A DNA stretch of 59,051 nucleotides from Thermoplasmatota archaeon. GTDB taxonomy: Archaea; Thermoplasmatota; SW-10-69-26; JACQPN01; JAJPHT01. Positions within the stretch are counted from its first letter, which is position 1; each line of letters opens with the position of its first letter. The notes beneath the pieces were generated by a model. The model saw only the letters and a program-made list of their open reading frames with translations. It had not been told where the DNA came from and did not search any database. The stretch covers positions 1 to 59,051 of the forward strand of contig DASRYU010000050.1 of assembly GCA_035687045.1 (NCBI GenBank), written 5' to 3'. Made by a program: the position numbers and the translations under genes. Shown here in pieces: positions 25,998-34,420 of the stretch.

Positions 25998-27395
25998 GTG
26001 ACGCTCACGGCGGAGCAGCGGCGCGCGGTCGCGTCGAAGGCGCACGCGCTCGAGGTGCGCGCGGGCGCGGGCACGGGCAAGACCACGACGCTCGCCCACC
26101 GCCTCGCGCGCCTCGCGGCCGAAGGCGCGCCCGAGCACCGGCTCCTCGCGGTGACGTTCACGCGCGACGCGACGGTGGCGCTCGAGCGGAAGCTCGCCAT
26201 CATCCTCGGGAGGGGGCACGGCGTGCGCGTGTCGAGCTTCCACGCGTGGGCGGCGCGCGAGCTCGCGCCCGAGGAGCCGCGCTACCTCGCGCAGGACGAC
26301 GCGCGCCGCATCGTCCTCCGCGCGCTCCAGCGCCGCCCGCCGCGCCTCGGGTTCTCGTCCGCGCTGGGCGCGGGGAGCGAGGACCTCGCGAGCCGCGTGC
26401 TCGGGTTCCTGAGCTTCGTGAAGAACGCGGAGACGAGCGTGGGCGGCGCCATCGACCGCCAGTTCCCCGCCCTTGCGCCCTACGTCGCGGAGCTGGAGTC
26501 GCTCGCGGAGCGCTATGCGGAGGAGAAGCGCGACCGGCTCGACTACGACGACCTCCTGCTGCGCTTCCGCGACCGCATGCGCGGCGCGACGTTCCGCATG
26601 GACGTCTCCTCGCGCCTCGACCACCTCGCCGTCGACGAGTTCCAGGACGTCAACGCGCCCCAGGCGGAGGTCGTGCGCCTCGCGACGACGGGGCCCGAGG
26701 CCCCCTCCGTCACGGTCGTCGGCGACGCGCGGCAGAGCATCTACGCCTTCCGCGGCGGCGGCCCGCAGCACCTCGACCGCTTCCTCGACGCGTACGGGAA
26801 GCACGGCGCGCGCGTGCCGCTGACGGTCTGCTTCCGATCGACGCGCGCCATCGTGCGCGCGGGCAACGCGCTTCTCCCCGACGCGCACCCGCTGCGCGCG
26901 CGGCCGAAGGCGCCCCCCGGCGTGGAGCCGACACTCGCGGGCTACGACGACGGCCTCGCCGAAGCGCGCGGCGTCGCGGAGCATCTGGCCGCGCTGCGCG
27001 AGACGGGCGCGCAGCCGCAGGATTGCGTCGTCCTTGTGCGGGCGCGCTCGCTCGCGTCGCGCTTCGTCGAGGAGGCGCGCGAGCGGGGCGTCGACGACGT
27101 CCCCGTCGCCACCATCCACGCGGCGAAGGCGCTCGAGTGGGACCACGTCGTCCTGCTGGGCGCGCGCGAGGGTGGCCTTCCCAGCTCGCACGCGCTGCGC
27201 GCGGCGCCGGCCGCCCAGCCCTCGCTGCTGGAGGAGGAGCGGCGGCTTCTCTACGTCGCCGTCACGCGCGCCCGCAAGACGCTGATGGTCACCTGGGCCG
27301 GCACGCCCTCGCGCTTCCTGGCGCCGCTCCGGGAGCCGGCGGCCGTCGTCGCGGCGCGGCCGGCGCGGCGGAAACGCGCCGCGGCCATCGCCTGA
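25998..27395 (+). CDS. UvrD/Rep/PcrA-family (SF1A) helicase, unusually compact (465 aa)
   Basis: - Motifs: AGAGTGKT (Walker A), DEFQD (motif II), VVGDARQSIYAFRGG (III), TIHAAKALEWDHVVL (V), YVAVTRARKTL (VI).
- GTG start preceded by AGGAGGAGGGG. Confidence 0.85.
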   Translation: MTLTAEQRRAVASKAHALEVRAGAGTGKTTTLAHRLARLAAEGAPEHRLLAVTFTRDATVALERKLAIILGRGHGVRVSSFHAWAARELAPEEPRYLAQDDARRIVLRALQRRPPRLGFSSALGAGSEDLASRVLGFLSFVKNAETSVGGAIDRQFPALAPYVAELESLAERYAEEKRDRLDYDDLLLRFRDRMRGATFRMDVSSRLDHLAVDEFQDVNAPQAEVVRLATTGPEAPSVTVVGDARQSIYAFRGGGPQHLDRFLDAYGKHGARVPLTVCFRSTRAIVRAGNALLPDAHPLRARPKAPPGVEPTLAGYDDGLAEARGVAEHLAALRETGAQPQDCVVLVRARSLASRFVEEARERGVDDVPVATIHAAKALEWDHVVLLGAREGGLPSSHALRAAPAAQPSLLEEERRLLYVAVTRARKTLMVTWAGTPSRFLAPLREPAAVVAARPARRKRAAAIA

Positions 27396-27435
27396 GCTGG
27401 GGGAGAAGAGGCGGCGCGCGGAGGCGGCCGAGAAG

Positions 27436-27520
27436 TGCGCAGGTACGGATTTGAACCGTAGAATCCCTAAGGAACTAGCCCCTCAAGCTAGCACCGTTGG
27501 CCAGGCTTGGTTACCTGCGC
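27436..27520 (-). tRNA. tRNA-Leu(GAG): tRNA-Leu (anticodon GAG), 85 nt with long variable arm, no encoded CCA
   Basis: Hand-folded cloverleaf:
- acceptor GCGCAGG/CCTGCGC, discriminator A
- D-loop AAGCCTGGCCAAC (archaeal type)
- anticodon stem CTAGC/GCTAG, loop TTGAGGG
- variable arm TTCCTTAGGGATTC
- T arm TACGG-TTCAAAT-CCGTA. Confidence 0.9.
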
Positions 27521-27565
27521 GGATGCGCTCCCCGGATGGGGGGCGACGCGAACAATGGGGCGCCT

Positions 27566-27575
27566 CTATTTGAAG
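27566..27575 (-). promoter_or_regulatory. TATA-like box CTTCAAATAG, 45 nt upstream of mature tRNA-Leu
   Basis: Same distance class as the box upstream of tRNA-Asn (47 nt). Confidence 0.4.
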
Positions 27576-27646
27576 CATTCGGGCCCGGGGCGGCCGCGAC
27601 CGCGCGGCGGCAAGACATAGAAAGGAAGCGCGCCCGCATCGGAGGG

Positions 27647-28360
27647 ATGGTCCGGCTCCGGGTGCGCCGCATGGAGGTTGGCGACGCGCCCGCCGTCGCC
27701 GCGGCCGAGGAGCGCGCGTTCGCCGACGCGGAGGACATGGCGACCTTCTACGAGGGCGACTACCGCCGCCACGTCGCGCGCTACCCGGAGGGGCAGCTCG
27801 TCGCGGTGGACGAGGAGACGGGGGCCATCGTCGGCGCCGCCGTCGCGCTGCGGCTGCCGGCGGAGGTCGCGCTGCGCCGCCACCACTGGTGGGACGCGAC
27901 GGGAGGCACCGGATTCTCCGCGCACGAGCGGGACGGGGACGTGCTCTACGGCGCCGCGGCCTTCGTCGATCCCGCATGGCAGGCGCGCGGTGTCGGTCGC
28001 GCGCTCTACGCGGCGCGCGCGGAGCTTCTCGCGAGCACGGGCTGCCTCGCGCTCGCCACGGGGGGACGCATGCCGGGCTACGGCGCGCACGCGCGCGAGG
28101 GCATGGCGGCCGCCGCCTACGTGCGCCGCGTCGAGGAGGGGGCGCTGAGCGACCCCGTGCTGAGCTTCCAGCTCGCGCAGGGGATGCTCGCGCTCGACGT
28201 CCTGCCGCGCTACCTCACCGACGCCCAGAGCGCGCACCACGCGTGCCTCGTCGCGCTCCCGAACCCGACGCGACCAGGCGCGCGCCGGCGCGTGCTGGAG
28301 CACCGCGCGCTCCCGGGTGCGCCGCCCGTCCGCGCCGCGAAGGAGCGCGCGAGCGCGTAG
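27647..28360 (+). CDS. GNAT-family N-acetyltransferase (237 aa)
   Basis: - Acetyl-CoA site-like WQARGVGRALY.
- ATG 27647 is preceded by GGAGGG and, 27 nt upstream, by AT-rich CATAGAAAGGAA.
- The ORF track start at 27497 overlaps the tRNA. Confidence 0.65.
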   Translation: MVRLRVRRMEVGDAPAVAAAEERAFADAEDMATFYEGDYRRHVARYPEGQLVAVDEETGAIVGAAVALRLPAEVALRRHHWWDATGGTGFSAHERDGDVLYGAAAFVDPAWQARGVGRALYAARAELLASTGCLALATGGRMPGYGAHAREGMAAAAYVRRVEEGALSDPVLSFQLAQGMLALDVLPRYLTDAQSAHHACLVALPNPTRPGARRRVLEHRALPGAPPVRAAKERASA

Positions 28361-28363
28361 GGG

Positions 28364-28867
28364 TCACGGCTCGACGAGGCCGCCGAGGAAGCCCAGCGCG
28401 AGCACCGCGACCGTCGCGAGCGTCACGACGGGCATGAACGGGTAGGCGGGCTTCCCGCGCGCAAGGAGCTTCGCCGCCGGCCACGAGAGAAGCTTGAGCA
28501 GCAGGAAGAACGCGAGGACGAGGCCGGCCGGGAGGAGCATGGCCGCCGCGACGCAGGCCGCCACGTCGGCCGTCGCGAGGCGGAGCCAGAGGCCGACCGC
28601 GCGGTGGCTGAGCACCCCGAAGAGCGCGACGAGGACCCACTTCGCGAGAAGCGGCGGCGCGGGGTCAAGCTCCGACTGCCACACCTGGATGCCCAGGAGC
28701 ACGAGCGCGACGGCCCACCAGACGTCCATGAACTCGCGCTGCGCCGCCATGTGCTTGATGTCGGAGAGCGTGGCGACGGCGAAGCTGCCGAGAAGGAAGA
28801 AGAGGCCGTAGACCTCCCAGCGCGAGAGGTCGAGCGCGACGAGGTCGAGGAGCTCGCGGTGGAGCAT
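28364..28867 (-). CDS. A24-family (prepilin/preflagellin peptidase-like) polytopic membrane protein, short and divergent (167 aa)
   Basis: - The first Asp motif is conserved (ATLSDIKH).
- The second site reads ATADVAA rather than GxGD.
- C-terminal YPFMPVV resembles the (I/A)PFGP motif.
- The start overlaps the ugd-like stop by 1 nt (TGATG). Confidence 0.45.
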   Translation of the reverse strand: MLHRELLDLVALDLSRWEVYGLFFLLGSFAVATLSDIKHMAAQREFMDVWWAVALVLLGIQVWQSELDPAPPLLAKWVLVALFGVLSHRAVGLWLRLATADVAACVAAAMLLPAGLVLAFFLLLKLLSWPAAKLLARGKPAYPFMPVVTLATVAVLALGFLGGLVEP

Positions 28868-30186
28868 CAGGGGGCCCCGAGGCCGATGGCGCGGTAGCGG
28901 ACGCCCGCGGCGCGCATGGCGTCAGGGTCGCAGGTGCGGCGGCCGTCGACGACGACCGGGGTCCGCATCAGGCCGAGGAAGGAGCGCGGATCGATGCTCG
29001 CGTACGAGCGCCATTCCGTCTGGATGATGCAGCCATCGGCGCCGCGCAGGGCGTCCTCCACCGTGGGCGCTTTCGCGTCGAGGTGGCCCACGAGCCGTTC
29101 GAAGTTGTCGAGGGCCACGGGGTCGTGGACGACCACATGCGCGCCCGCCTTCCGGAGCGCGTCGTAGATGGGGAGCGCCCGCGTCGCGCGCACGTCGTCC
29201 GTGTCCGGCTTGAACGCGAGGCCGAGCAGCGCGATGCGCTTGCCACCGAGCGCGCCGAGCTCGTCCTCGAGCATCCGCACCGCGACGAGCGGCTGCTCCT
29301 CGTTCGTCGCGAGCACCGCCTCGAGGACGTGGGAGGGCGCGCCCGATGCGCGCGCGATGCCGGCGATGGCAGCGACGTCCTTCGGGAAGCACGAGCCGCC
29401 GAAGCCCACGCCGGCGCGCAGGAACAGCGGGCCGATGCGCGGGTCGTGCCCGATGCCCTCGGCGACGCGGTACCAGTCGACGCCATGCTTCGCGGCGACG
29501 TTCGCGAGCTCGTTCGCGAGCGCCACCTTCGTGGCGAGGAACGCGTTCGCGCTGTACTTCACCATCTCGGCGGTCGTGCAGTCGACCTCGACACGCGGGC
29601 ATCGGTGCGCTTCAAAGAGCGTCCACACGAGCCGTGCCGCCTCGGGCTCGTCAGCTCCGACGACGATGCGGTCGGGCGAGAGCGCGTCCCTGACCGCGGC
29701 CCCCTCGCGGAGGAACTCGGGGACGCTCGCGACGTGGAAGTCGGCTCCCGCGCGCAGGCCTGAGACGCGTTCGATCGTGGTCCGGACGAGGCCGCGCGTA
29801 GTGCCGGGCGGGACCGTGCTTTTCGTGATCACAACGACCGGGCGTGGCCAGCGCGGAAGCGCGCCGGCGACGTCGCGCGCGGCGCCTTCGACGAAGCGCA
29901 GGTCGGCCGCGCCCGAGGCGTCGCCGGGGGTCCCGACGCAGAGGATCACGAAGGAGGGCGCTTCCGCGGCCGCGATGTTCTGCGCCGTGCGCAACCGCCC
30001 GCTGGCGACGTGGCGGGAGACGAGCTCGTCGAGGCCCGGCTCATGGAAGGGCGCGCGGCCGTCCGTCACCGCCTCGAGCTTGCGCGCGTCGAGGTCCACC
30101 AGCGTGACGTGGTGACCGCTCTCCGCGAGGGCGGCGCCCGTGCAAAGGCCGACGTAGCCGGCACCGACGACGAGGACGCGCCCCAT
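28867..30186 (-). CDS. UDP-glucose/GDP-mannose dehydrogenase-family nucleotide-sugar 6-dehydrogenase (Ugd-like, 439 aa)
   Basis: N-terminal Rossmann fold VLVVGAGYVGLCTG, catalytic Cys context GFGGSCFPKD, and a C-terminal UDPG_MGDP_dh_C pattern. Confidence 0.85.
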   Translation of the reverse strand: MGRVLVVGAGYVGLCTGAALAESGHHVTLVDLDARKLEAVTDGRAPFHEPGLDELVSRHVASGRLRTAQNIAAAEAPSFVILCVGTPGDASGAADLRFVEGAARDVAGALPRWPRPVVVITKSTVPPGTTRGLVRTTIERVSGLRAGADFHVASVPEFLREGAAVRDALSPDRIVVGADEPEAARLVWTLFEAHRCPRVEVDCTTAEMVKYSANAFLATKVALANELANVAAKHGVDWYRVAEGIGHDPRIGPLFLRAGVGFGGSCFPKDVAAIAGIARASGAPSHVLEAVLATNEEQPLVAVRMLEDELGALGGKRIALLGLAFKPDTDDVRATRALPIYDALRKAGAHVVVHDPVALDNFERLVGHLDAKAPTVEDALRGADGCIIQTEWRSYASIDPRSFLGLMRTPVVVDGRRTCDPDAMRAAGVRYRAIGLGAP

Positions 30187-30209
30187 GTCGCGGCCGATGC
30201 CGGGTTCGC

Positions 30210-30218
30210 GAGAAAGCC
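30210..30218 (-). promoter_or_regulatory. TATA-like box GGCTTTCTC, 23 nt upstream of the ugd-like ATG
   Basis: The minus strand reads GGCTTTCTC-N23-ATG(30186). Confidence 0.45.
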
Positions 30219-30247
30219 TTTGCGGAGCCGGCGTGGGCGACCGGAGC

Positions 30248-30255
30248 GTTTATGA
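30248..30255 (+). promoter_or_regulatory. TATA-like box GTTTATGA, 24 nt upstream of GTG 30280 (galU)
   Basis: GTTTATGA-N24-GTG. The GTG gives the N-terminus VKAVIPAAGLGTR, typical for GalU. Confidence 0.45.
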
Positions 30256-30279
30256 TTGCGGGGCGGGCGTCGTTCCGTT

Positions 30280-31143
30280 GTGAAAGCGGTCATCCCCGCG
30301 GCGGGTCTCGGGACGCGGATGCTTCCCGCGACGAAGAGCAGCCCCAAGGAGATGCTCCCCGTCGTGGACAAGCCCGCCATCCAGTACGTCGTGGAGGAGT
30401 GCGTCGCCAGCGGCATCCGCGACATCCTGATCATCACGGGGCGCGGCAAGCGGGCCATCGAGGACCATTTCGATCGCTCGGTCGAGCTCGAATCGCTCCT
30501 GGAGCAGAAGGGGGACACGGAGCGTCTCGCCGAGATGCGCCACATCGCGGAGATGGCGAACCTCCATTACGTCCGGCAGCGCGAGATCCGAGGCCTCGGC
30601 CACGCCGTGCTGTGCGCGCGCCCGTTCGTCGGCGACGAGCCGTTCGCGCTCCTCCTTGGCGACGACCTCGTCCGCTCCGACACGCCTTGCACGCGCCAGC
30701 TGATGGACGTGCACGCGCGCCGCGGCGGCTCCGTCCTCGCCGTGGAGCGGCTCCCGCGCGCCCGCCTCTCCGCCTATGGCGTGGTCGCCCCGGGAAGAAC
30801 GGTCGAGGAGCGCCTGATGGAGGTGCACGACCTGGTCGAGAAGCCGACGCCCGAGGAGGCGCCTTCCGAGTACGGCATCATGGGCCGCTACGTCCTCTCT
30901 CCCGCGATCTTCGACGCGCTCGAAGCGACGGGTCCAGGGTTCAACGGCGAGATCCAGCTCACGGACGCGCTGAGGAAGGTCCTGCGCGGCGAGCCGGTCT
31001 GGGGCTATCACTTCGACGGGCAACGGCTCGACGTCGGGACGAGGCTCGAATGGCTCAAGACGAACATCGACCTCGCGCTCGAGCGGGCGGACCTCGCCGC
31101 TCCCCTCAAGGCGTACCTCGAGGACAGGCTCGCGCGGAAGTAG
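30280..31143 (+). CDS. galU: UTP--glucose-1-phosphate uridylyltransferase (287 aa from GTG 30280; ORF opens at TTG 30256)
   Basis: KAVIPAAGLGTRMLPATKSSPKEMLPVVDKPAIQYVVEE, and VEKP in the middle of the protein. Confidence 0.85.
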   Translation: MKAVIPAAGLGTRMLPATKSSPKEMLPVVDKPAIQYVVEECVASGIRDILIITGRGKRAIEDHFDRSVELESLLEQKGDTERLAEMRHIAEMANLHYVRQREIRGLGHAVLCARPFVGDEPFALLLGDDLVRSDTPCTRQLMDVHARRGGSVLAVERLPRARLSAYGVVAPGRTVEERLMEVHDLVEKPTPEEAPSEYGIMGRYVLSPAIFDALEATGPGFNGEIQLTDALRKVLRGEPVWGYHFDGQRLDVGTRLEWLKTNIDLALERADLAAPLKAYLEDRLARK

Positions 31144-31144
31144 C

Positions 31145-32968
31145 TCACTCGACGGTGACGCTCTTCGCGAGGTTGCGCGGCTTGTCGATGTTGCAGCCGC
31201 GCGCGCGGGCCGCGTAGTACGCGAGGAGGTAGAGCGCGACCGACGCCGGCACAGGGAAGAAGAGCGGGTCGCACGAGGGGACGCGGAACACCTTCTCCGC
31301 GTGCTTGTCGGCCTTCGCATCGCCCGCACTGGCGATGGCGAGGACCTTCGCGCCGCGCGCGCGGACCTCGCCGAGGTTCGACGTCATCACGCCGTAGGTG
31401 GGGTCGCGCTCGGGGAGGAGCGCCACCACGGGGAAGCCTCCTTCGAGGAGCGCGAGCGGCCCGTGCTTTAGCTCGCCCGCGGCGTACCCTTCGGCGTGGA
31501 CGTAGCTGATCTCCTTGAGCTTGAGCGCGCCTTCCATCGCGAGGCCGTAGTTCGCCTGCCGGCCGAGGTAGAACGCGTTGTCGAAGGCGCTGAAGAACGT
31601 CCCGCCCAGCGTGCGCAGCTCCTCCGCCTTCTCGAGCGTCTGCTGCGCGAGGCGCGGGAGCCCGCGCAGGTCGGCGAGGTAGCGCTTCGTCTCGTCGGGC
31701 GTGATGCGGCCGCGCTGCTTCGCGAGGTGCAGGCCGAGGAGATAGAAGGAGCCCAGCATGTTGACGAACGCCTTCGTGGAGGCGACGCCGATCTCGGGCC
31801 CGGCGCGCAGATAGAAGACGCCGTCCGCCTCGCGCGCGAGCGAGGAGCCGACGACGTTCACGAGCGCGAGCGTCTTGCAACCCAGCTGCTGGGCGCGCCG
31901 GAGCGCCTCGAGCGTGTCCGCCGTCTCGCCGCTCTGGGAGACGAGGATGGCGAGCGTGTTCTCCGGGTGGATGGAGGGCGCGTAGCGGAACTCGCTCGCG
32001 AGGTGCACCTCCACCGGCACGCCTGCGAGCTGCTCGACGATGCTCTTGCCGACCATGCCCGCGTAGTGCGACGTGCCGCACGCGAGGACCATCACGCGCT
32101 GCGTCGAGCGGAGGTGGTCCTCAGTGAGCCGCCCCTCCACGTCGAACCTGGAGCCCACGGACGCGAGGCGGCCGCGGAACAGCTCGTGGAGCGCGTCCGG
32201 GATCTCGTGGATCTCCTTGAGCATGAAGTGCTCGAAGCCGCCCTTCTCGGCGGCCTCGGGCGTCCAATCCAGCTCGCGGACGATGGGGATCTTCGCCTCG
32301 CCGTTGCGGTCGTAGAGGTGGATTCGGTCGTGCTCCAGCTCCACGACGTCGCCGTCGTCGAGGAAGACGACCTTGTTCGTGTGCGCGAGGATGGCCGTCG
32401 CGTCGGAGGCGAGGATGGCGCCCTTGTCGGACATGCCGACGAGGAGCGGGCTCTTGTGGCGCGCCGCGACGATGCGGTCGGGCGAGTCCGCCGAGACGAC
32501 GACGATCGCGTAGCTCCCCTCGAGGTGCTGGATCGCGCTGCGGACCGCCTTCAGGAGGTCCCCCTCGAGGTGCTGCTCGACGAGGTGCGCGATGACCTCA
32601 GTGTCCGTCTCGCTCGTGAACGCGTGGCCGTTCGCGACAAGCTTCTCGCGCAGCTCGAGGAAGTTCTCGATGATGCCGTTGTGCGCCAGCGCGAGGCGCC
32701 CCGAGCAGTCCTTGTGCGGGTGCGCGTTGAGCTCCGTTGGCGCGCCGTGCGTCGCCCAGCGCGTGTGGCCCACGCCGGTGTGGCCCTGCGGCGCGGGGCG
32801 CGCGGCGAGGTGCGCGACCGGCCCGGCGGCGCGCTCGATGGTGAGGCCGGAGTCGGTGAGGACGGCGAGGCCGGCGCTGTCGTAGCCGCGATACTCGAGG
32901 CGACGGAGGCCGTCGAGGATGGTCTTGGCGGCGTCCGGGGTCCCCACTACGCCGATGATGCCGCACAT
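31145..32968 (-). CDS. glmS: Glutamine--fructose-6-phosphate aminotransferase (isomerizing), 607 aa
   Basis: - MCGIIG Ntn-glutaminase N-terminus.
- Two SIS domains.
- C-terminal ...NLAKSVTVE.
- GGAGGT lies 8 nt before the ATG.
- TATA-like CTTATAAG at ~33014-33021. Confidence 0.95.
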   Translation of the reverse strand: MCGIIGVVGTPDAAKTILDGLRRLEYRGYDSAGLAVLTDSGLTIERAAGPVAHLAARPAPQGHTGVGHTRWATHGAPTELNAHPHKDCSGRLALAHNGIIENFLELREKLVANGHAFTSETDTEVIAHLVEQHLEGDLLKAVRSAIQHLEGSYAIVVVSADSPDRIVAARHKSPLLVGMSDKGAILASDATAILAHTNKVVFLDDGDVVELEHDRIHLYDRNGEAKIPIVRELDWTPEAAEKGGFEHFMLKEIHEIPDALHELFRGRLASVGSRFDVEGRLTEDHLRSTQRVMVLACGTSHYAGMVGKSIVEQLAGVPVEVHLASEFRYAPSIHPENTLAILVSQSGETADTLEALRRAQQLGCKTLALVNVVGSSLAREADGVFYLRAGPEIGVASTKAFVNMLGSFYLLGLHLAKQRGRITPDETKRYLADLRGLPRLAQQTLEKAEELRTLGGTFFSAFDNAFYLGRQANYGLAMEGALKLKEISYVHAEGYAAGELKHGPLALLEGGFPVVALLPERDPTYGVMTSNLGEVRARGAKVLAIASAGDAKADKHAEKVFRVPSCDPLFFPVPASVALYLLAYYAARARGCNIDKPRNLAKSVTVE

Positions 32969-33014
32969 GCCCTGGACCTCCGCCTTCTCGGCGAGCGCGC
33001 GAGCGCTTGCTTGC

Positions 33015-34169
33015 TTATAAGACGTGCGAACGGTCAGGCACGTTCGCGTGGAGGGTCCTGCCGGGCGCCACCTGCACGTGATTTCCTATGATTGACCCGG
33101 GCAGGAGCGTCGACGCTCCGCCCACTCTGCAGTCCTCGCCGATGATGGCGCCGAAGTCCTCCAGGTGGTGCCAGCCGTCGGTGAGCTGCACCTCGCATCG
33201 GCCAGAGAGCGCGGTGAAGCGAGCTCCGATGCGCGTGCCCGCACCGACGATGGTGTTGCGGAGGATGCTGCCCGCTGCGATCTGCACGTCGTCGTACACC
33301 ACGCAGTTCTCGAGAACGCAGTTGGGGCCGATCACCACGTTGTGCCCGATGCACGTGCCGGCGGCGAGTGTGGTCCCGGGGCCGACGATGCACTCGTCCC
33401 CCACGCGCACGGGGGCCTCCGCGTGCACGCCGGGAGCGTCCAGCGGGGGAGGAGGGTGCGCGCGCAGGAGGTCGGCGTGCACGCGCAGGAGGTCCCACGG
33501 GTAGACGGCGTCGGACCAAAGGGATTCGGAGCGGACGACGTGAACGCGCATGCCGCGAGCAAGAGCGCGCTCCAAGACGTCGGGAAGCCCCCCCTCGCCC
33601 GCGCGCGCAAGCTCAGCCGCCTCGTCGTAGAGCTCTGGCGTGAGCACGTAAACACCCGTGCTCACCCACTCGGATCGGGCATGCGCAGGCTTTTCCTCGA
33701 GGGCCAGGAGCCGGTCGCCATCCAAGGTCGCGACACCATAGCGCGTGGGTGTGCGGCTGCGATGGACGACGAGCGCTGGCTCTCGCTTCGGAGCGCTCAG
33801 CGCAGCGGCGATGAGCTCTGCGTCAACGACGTTGTCACCCCCGAGCGCAAGGAATGGCTCCGCGGGCCGGGAAGCGGTGGTGAGCGCACGTGCGGTGCCA
33901 GTGAGCGCGCTTTGGAAGGCGTACGAGATACGTGCGCCGTGCTTCCTGCCGTCACCGAAGTGAGACTGCACGCGCTCGCGTTGGTATCCCACGACGATCG
34001 TGATGTCGCGGACGCCGTTCGCTACGAGAGACTCCACGGCGTACTGGAGGATCGGCTTGTTCGCCGCGCGGATCATCGGCTTCGGCTTGTCCGCGGTGAA
34101 GGGGCGCAGGCGAGACCCTTCGCCGGCCGCGAGGAGGACGGCTTCCACGATCGCGCACCGCATCCGCAC
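33015..34169 (-). CDS. Bifunctional sugar-1-phosphate nucleotidyltransferase / left-handed beta-helix acetyltransferase (archaeal GlmU-like, 384 aa)
   Basis: - N-terminal LLAAGEGSRLRPFTADKPKPM nucleotidyltransferase signature.
- C-terminal hexapeptide repeats (IGHNVVIGPNCVLENCVVYDDVQIAAGSILRNTIVGAGTRIG).
- The start could also be ATG 34163. Confidence 0.75.
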   Translation of the reverse strand: MRMRCAIVEAVLLAAGEGSRLRPFTADKPKPMIRAANKPILQYAVESLVANGVRDITIVVGYQRERVQSHFGDGRKHGARISYAFQSALTGTARALTTASRPAEPFLALGGDNVVDAELIAAALSAPKREPALVVHRSRTPTRYGVATLDGDRLLALEEKPAHARSEWVSTGVYVLTPELYDEAAELARAGEGGLPDVLERALARGMRVHVVRSESLWSDAVYPWDLLRVHADLLRAHPPPPLDAPGVHAEAPVRVGDECIVGPGTTLAAGTCIGHNVVIGPNCVLENCVVYDDVQIAAGSILRNTIVGAGTRIGARFTALSGRCEVQLTDGWHHLEDFGAIIGEDCRVGGASTLLPGSIIGNHVQVAPGRTLHANVPDRSHVL

Positions 34170-34420
34170 ACGCCCGTGAATAGCTATCCGAAGGCGATCT
34201 CGTGCTTCGCACGCCGCGCGCTCCCCGATCAGGGCGCCGTGCGCTGGGCGGCGGCCGCAGCCGAGGGCGGCGCGACGCCGTCCGCTGCCACGCCGCAGCC
34301 CCGTCCGCGGTCGGAAGGTGGCCGAGGCAAATCCTTATGGCCGGCGCCTTTCCTCGCCGCCATGTCGCCCTGCCCCACGACAGGGTCGACCCCGCGGGCG
34401 CCTGCGCGCTCGCGCCGCGG

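Noticed and set aside
27436-27520. tRNA-Leu as the integration site of a genomic island that carries the glycan locus
   Set aside because: - No integrase, transposase or excisionase gene is present.
- No direct repeat of the tRNA 3' end could be spotted by eye in the window.
- The idea remains testable by compositional analysis but is not supported here.
32969-33014. glmS ribozyme or other riboswitch upstream of glmS
   Set aside because: Only 46 nt separate glmS from the upstream gene. That space is taken by a TATA-like box and a GGAGGT site, which is far too short for the ~170-nt glmS ribozyme; the ribozyme is in any case a bacterial element.
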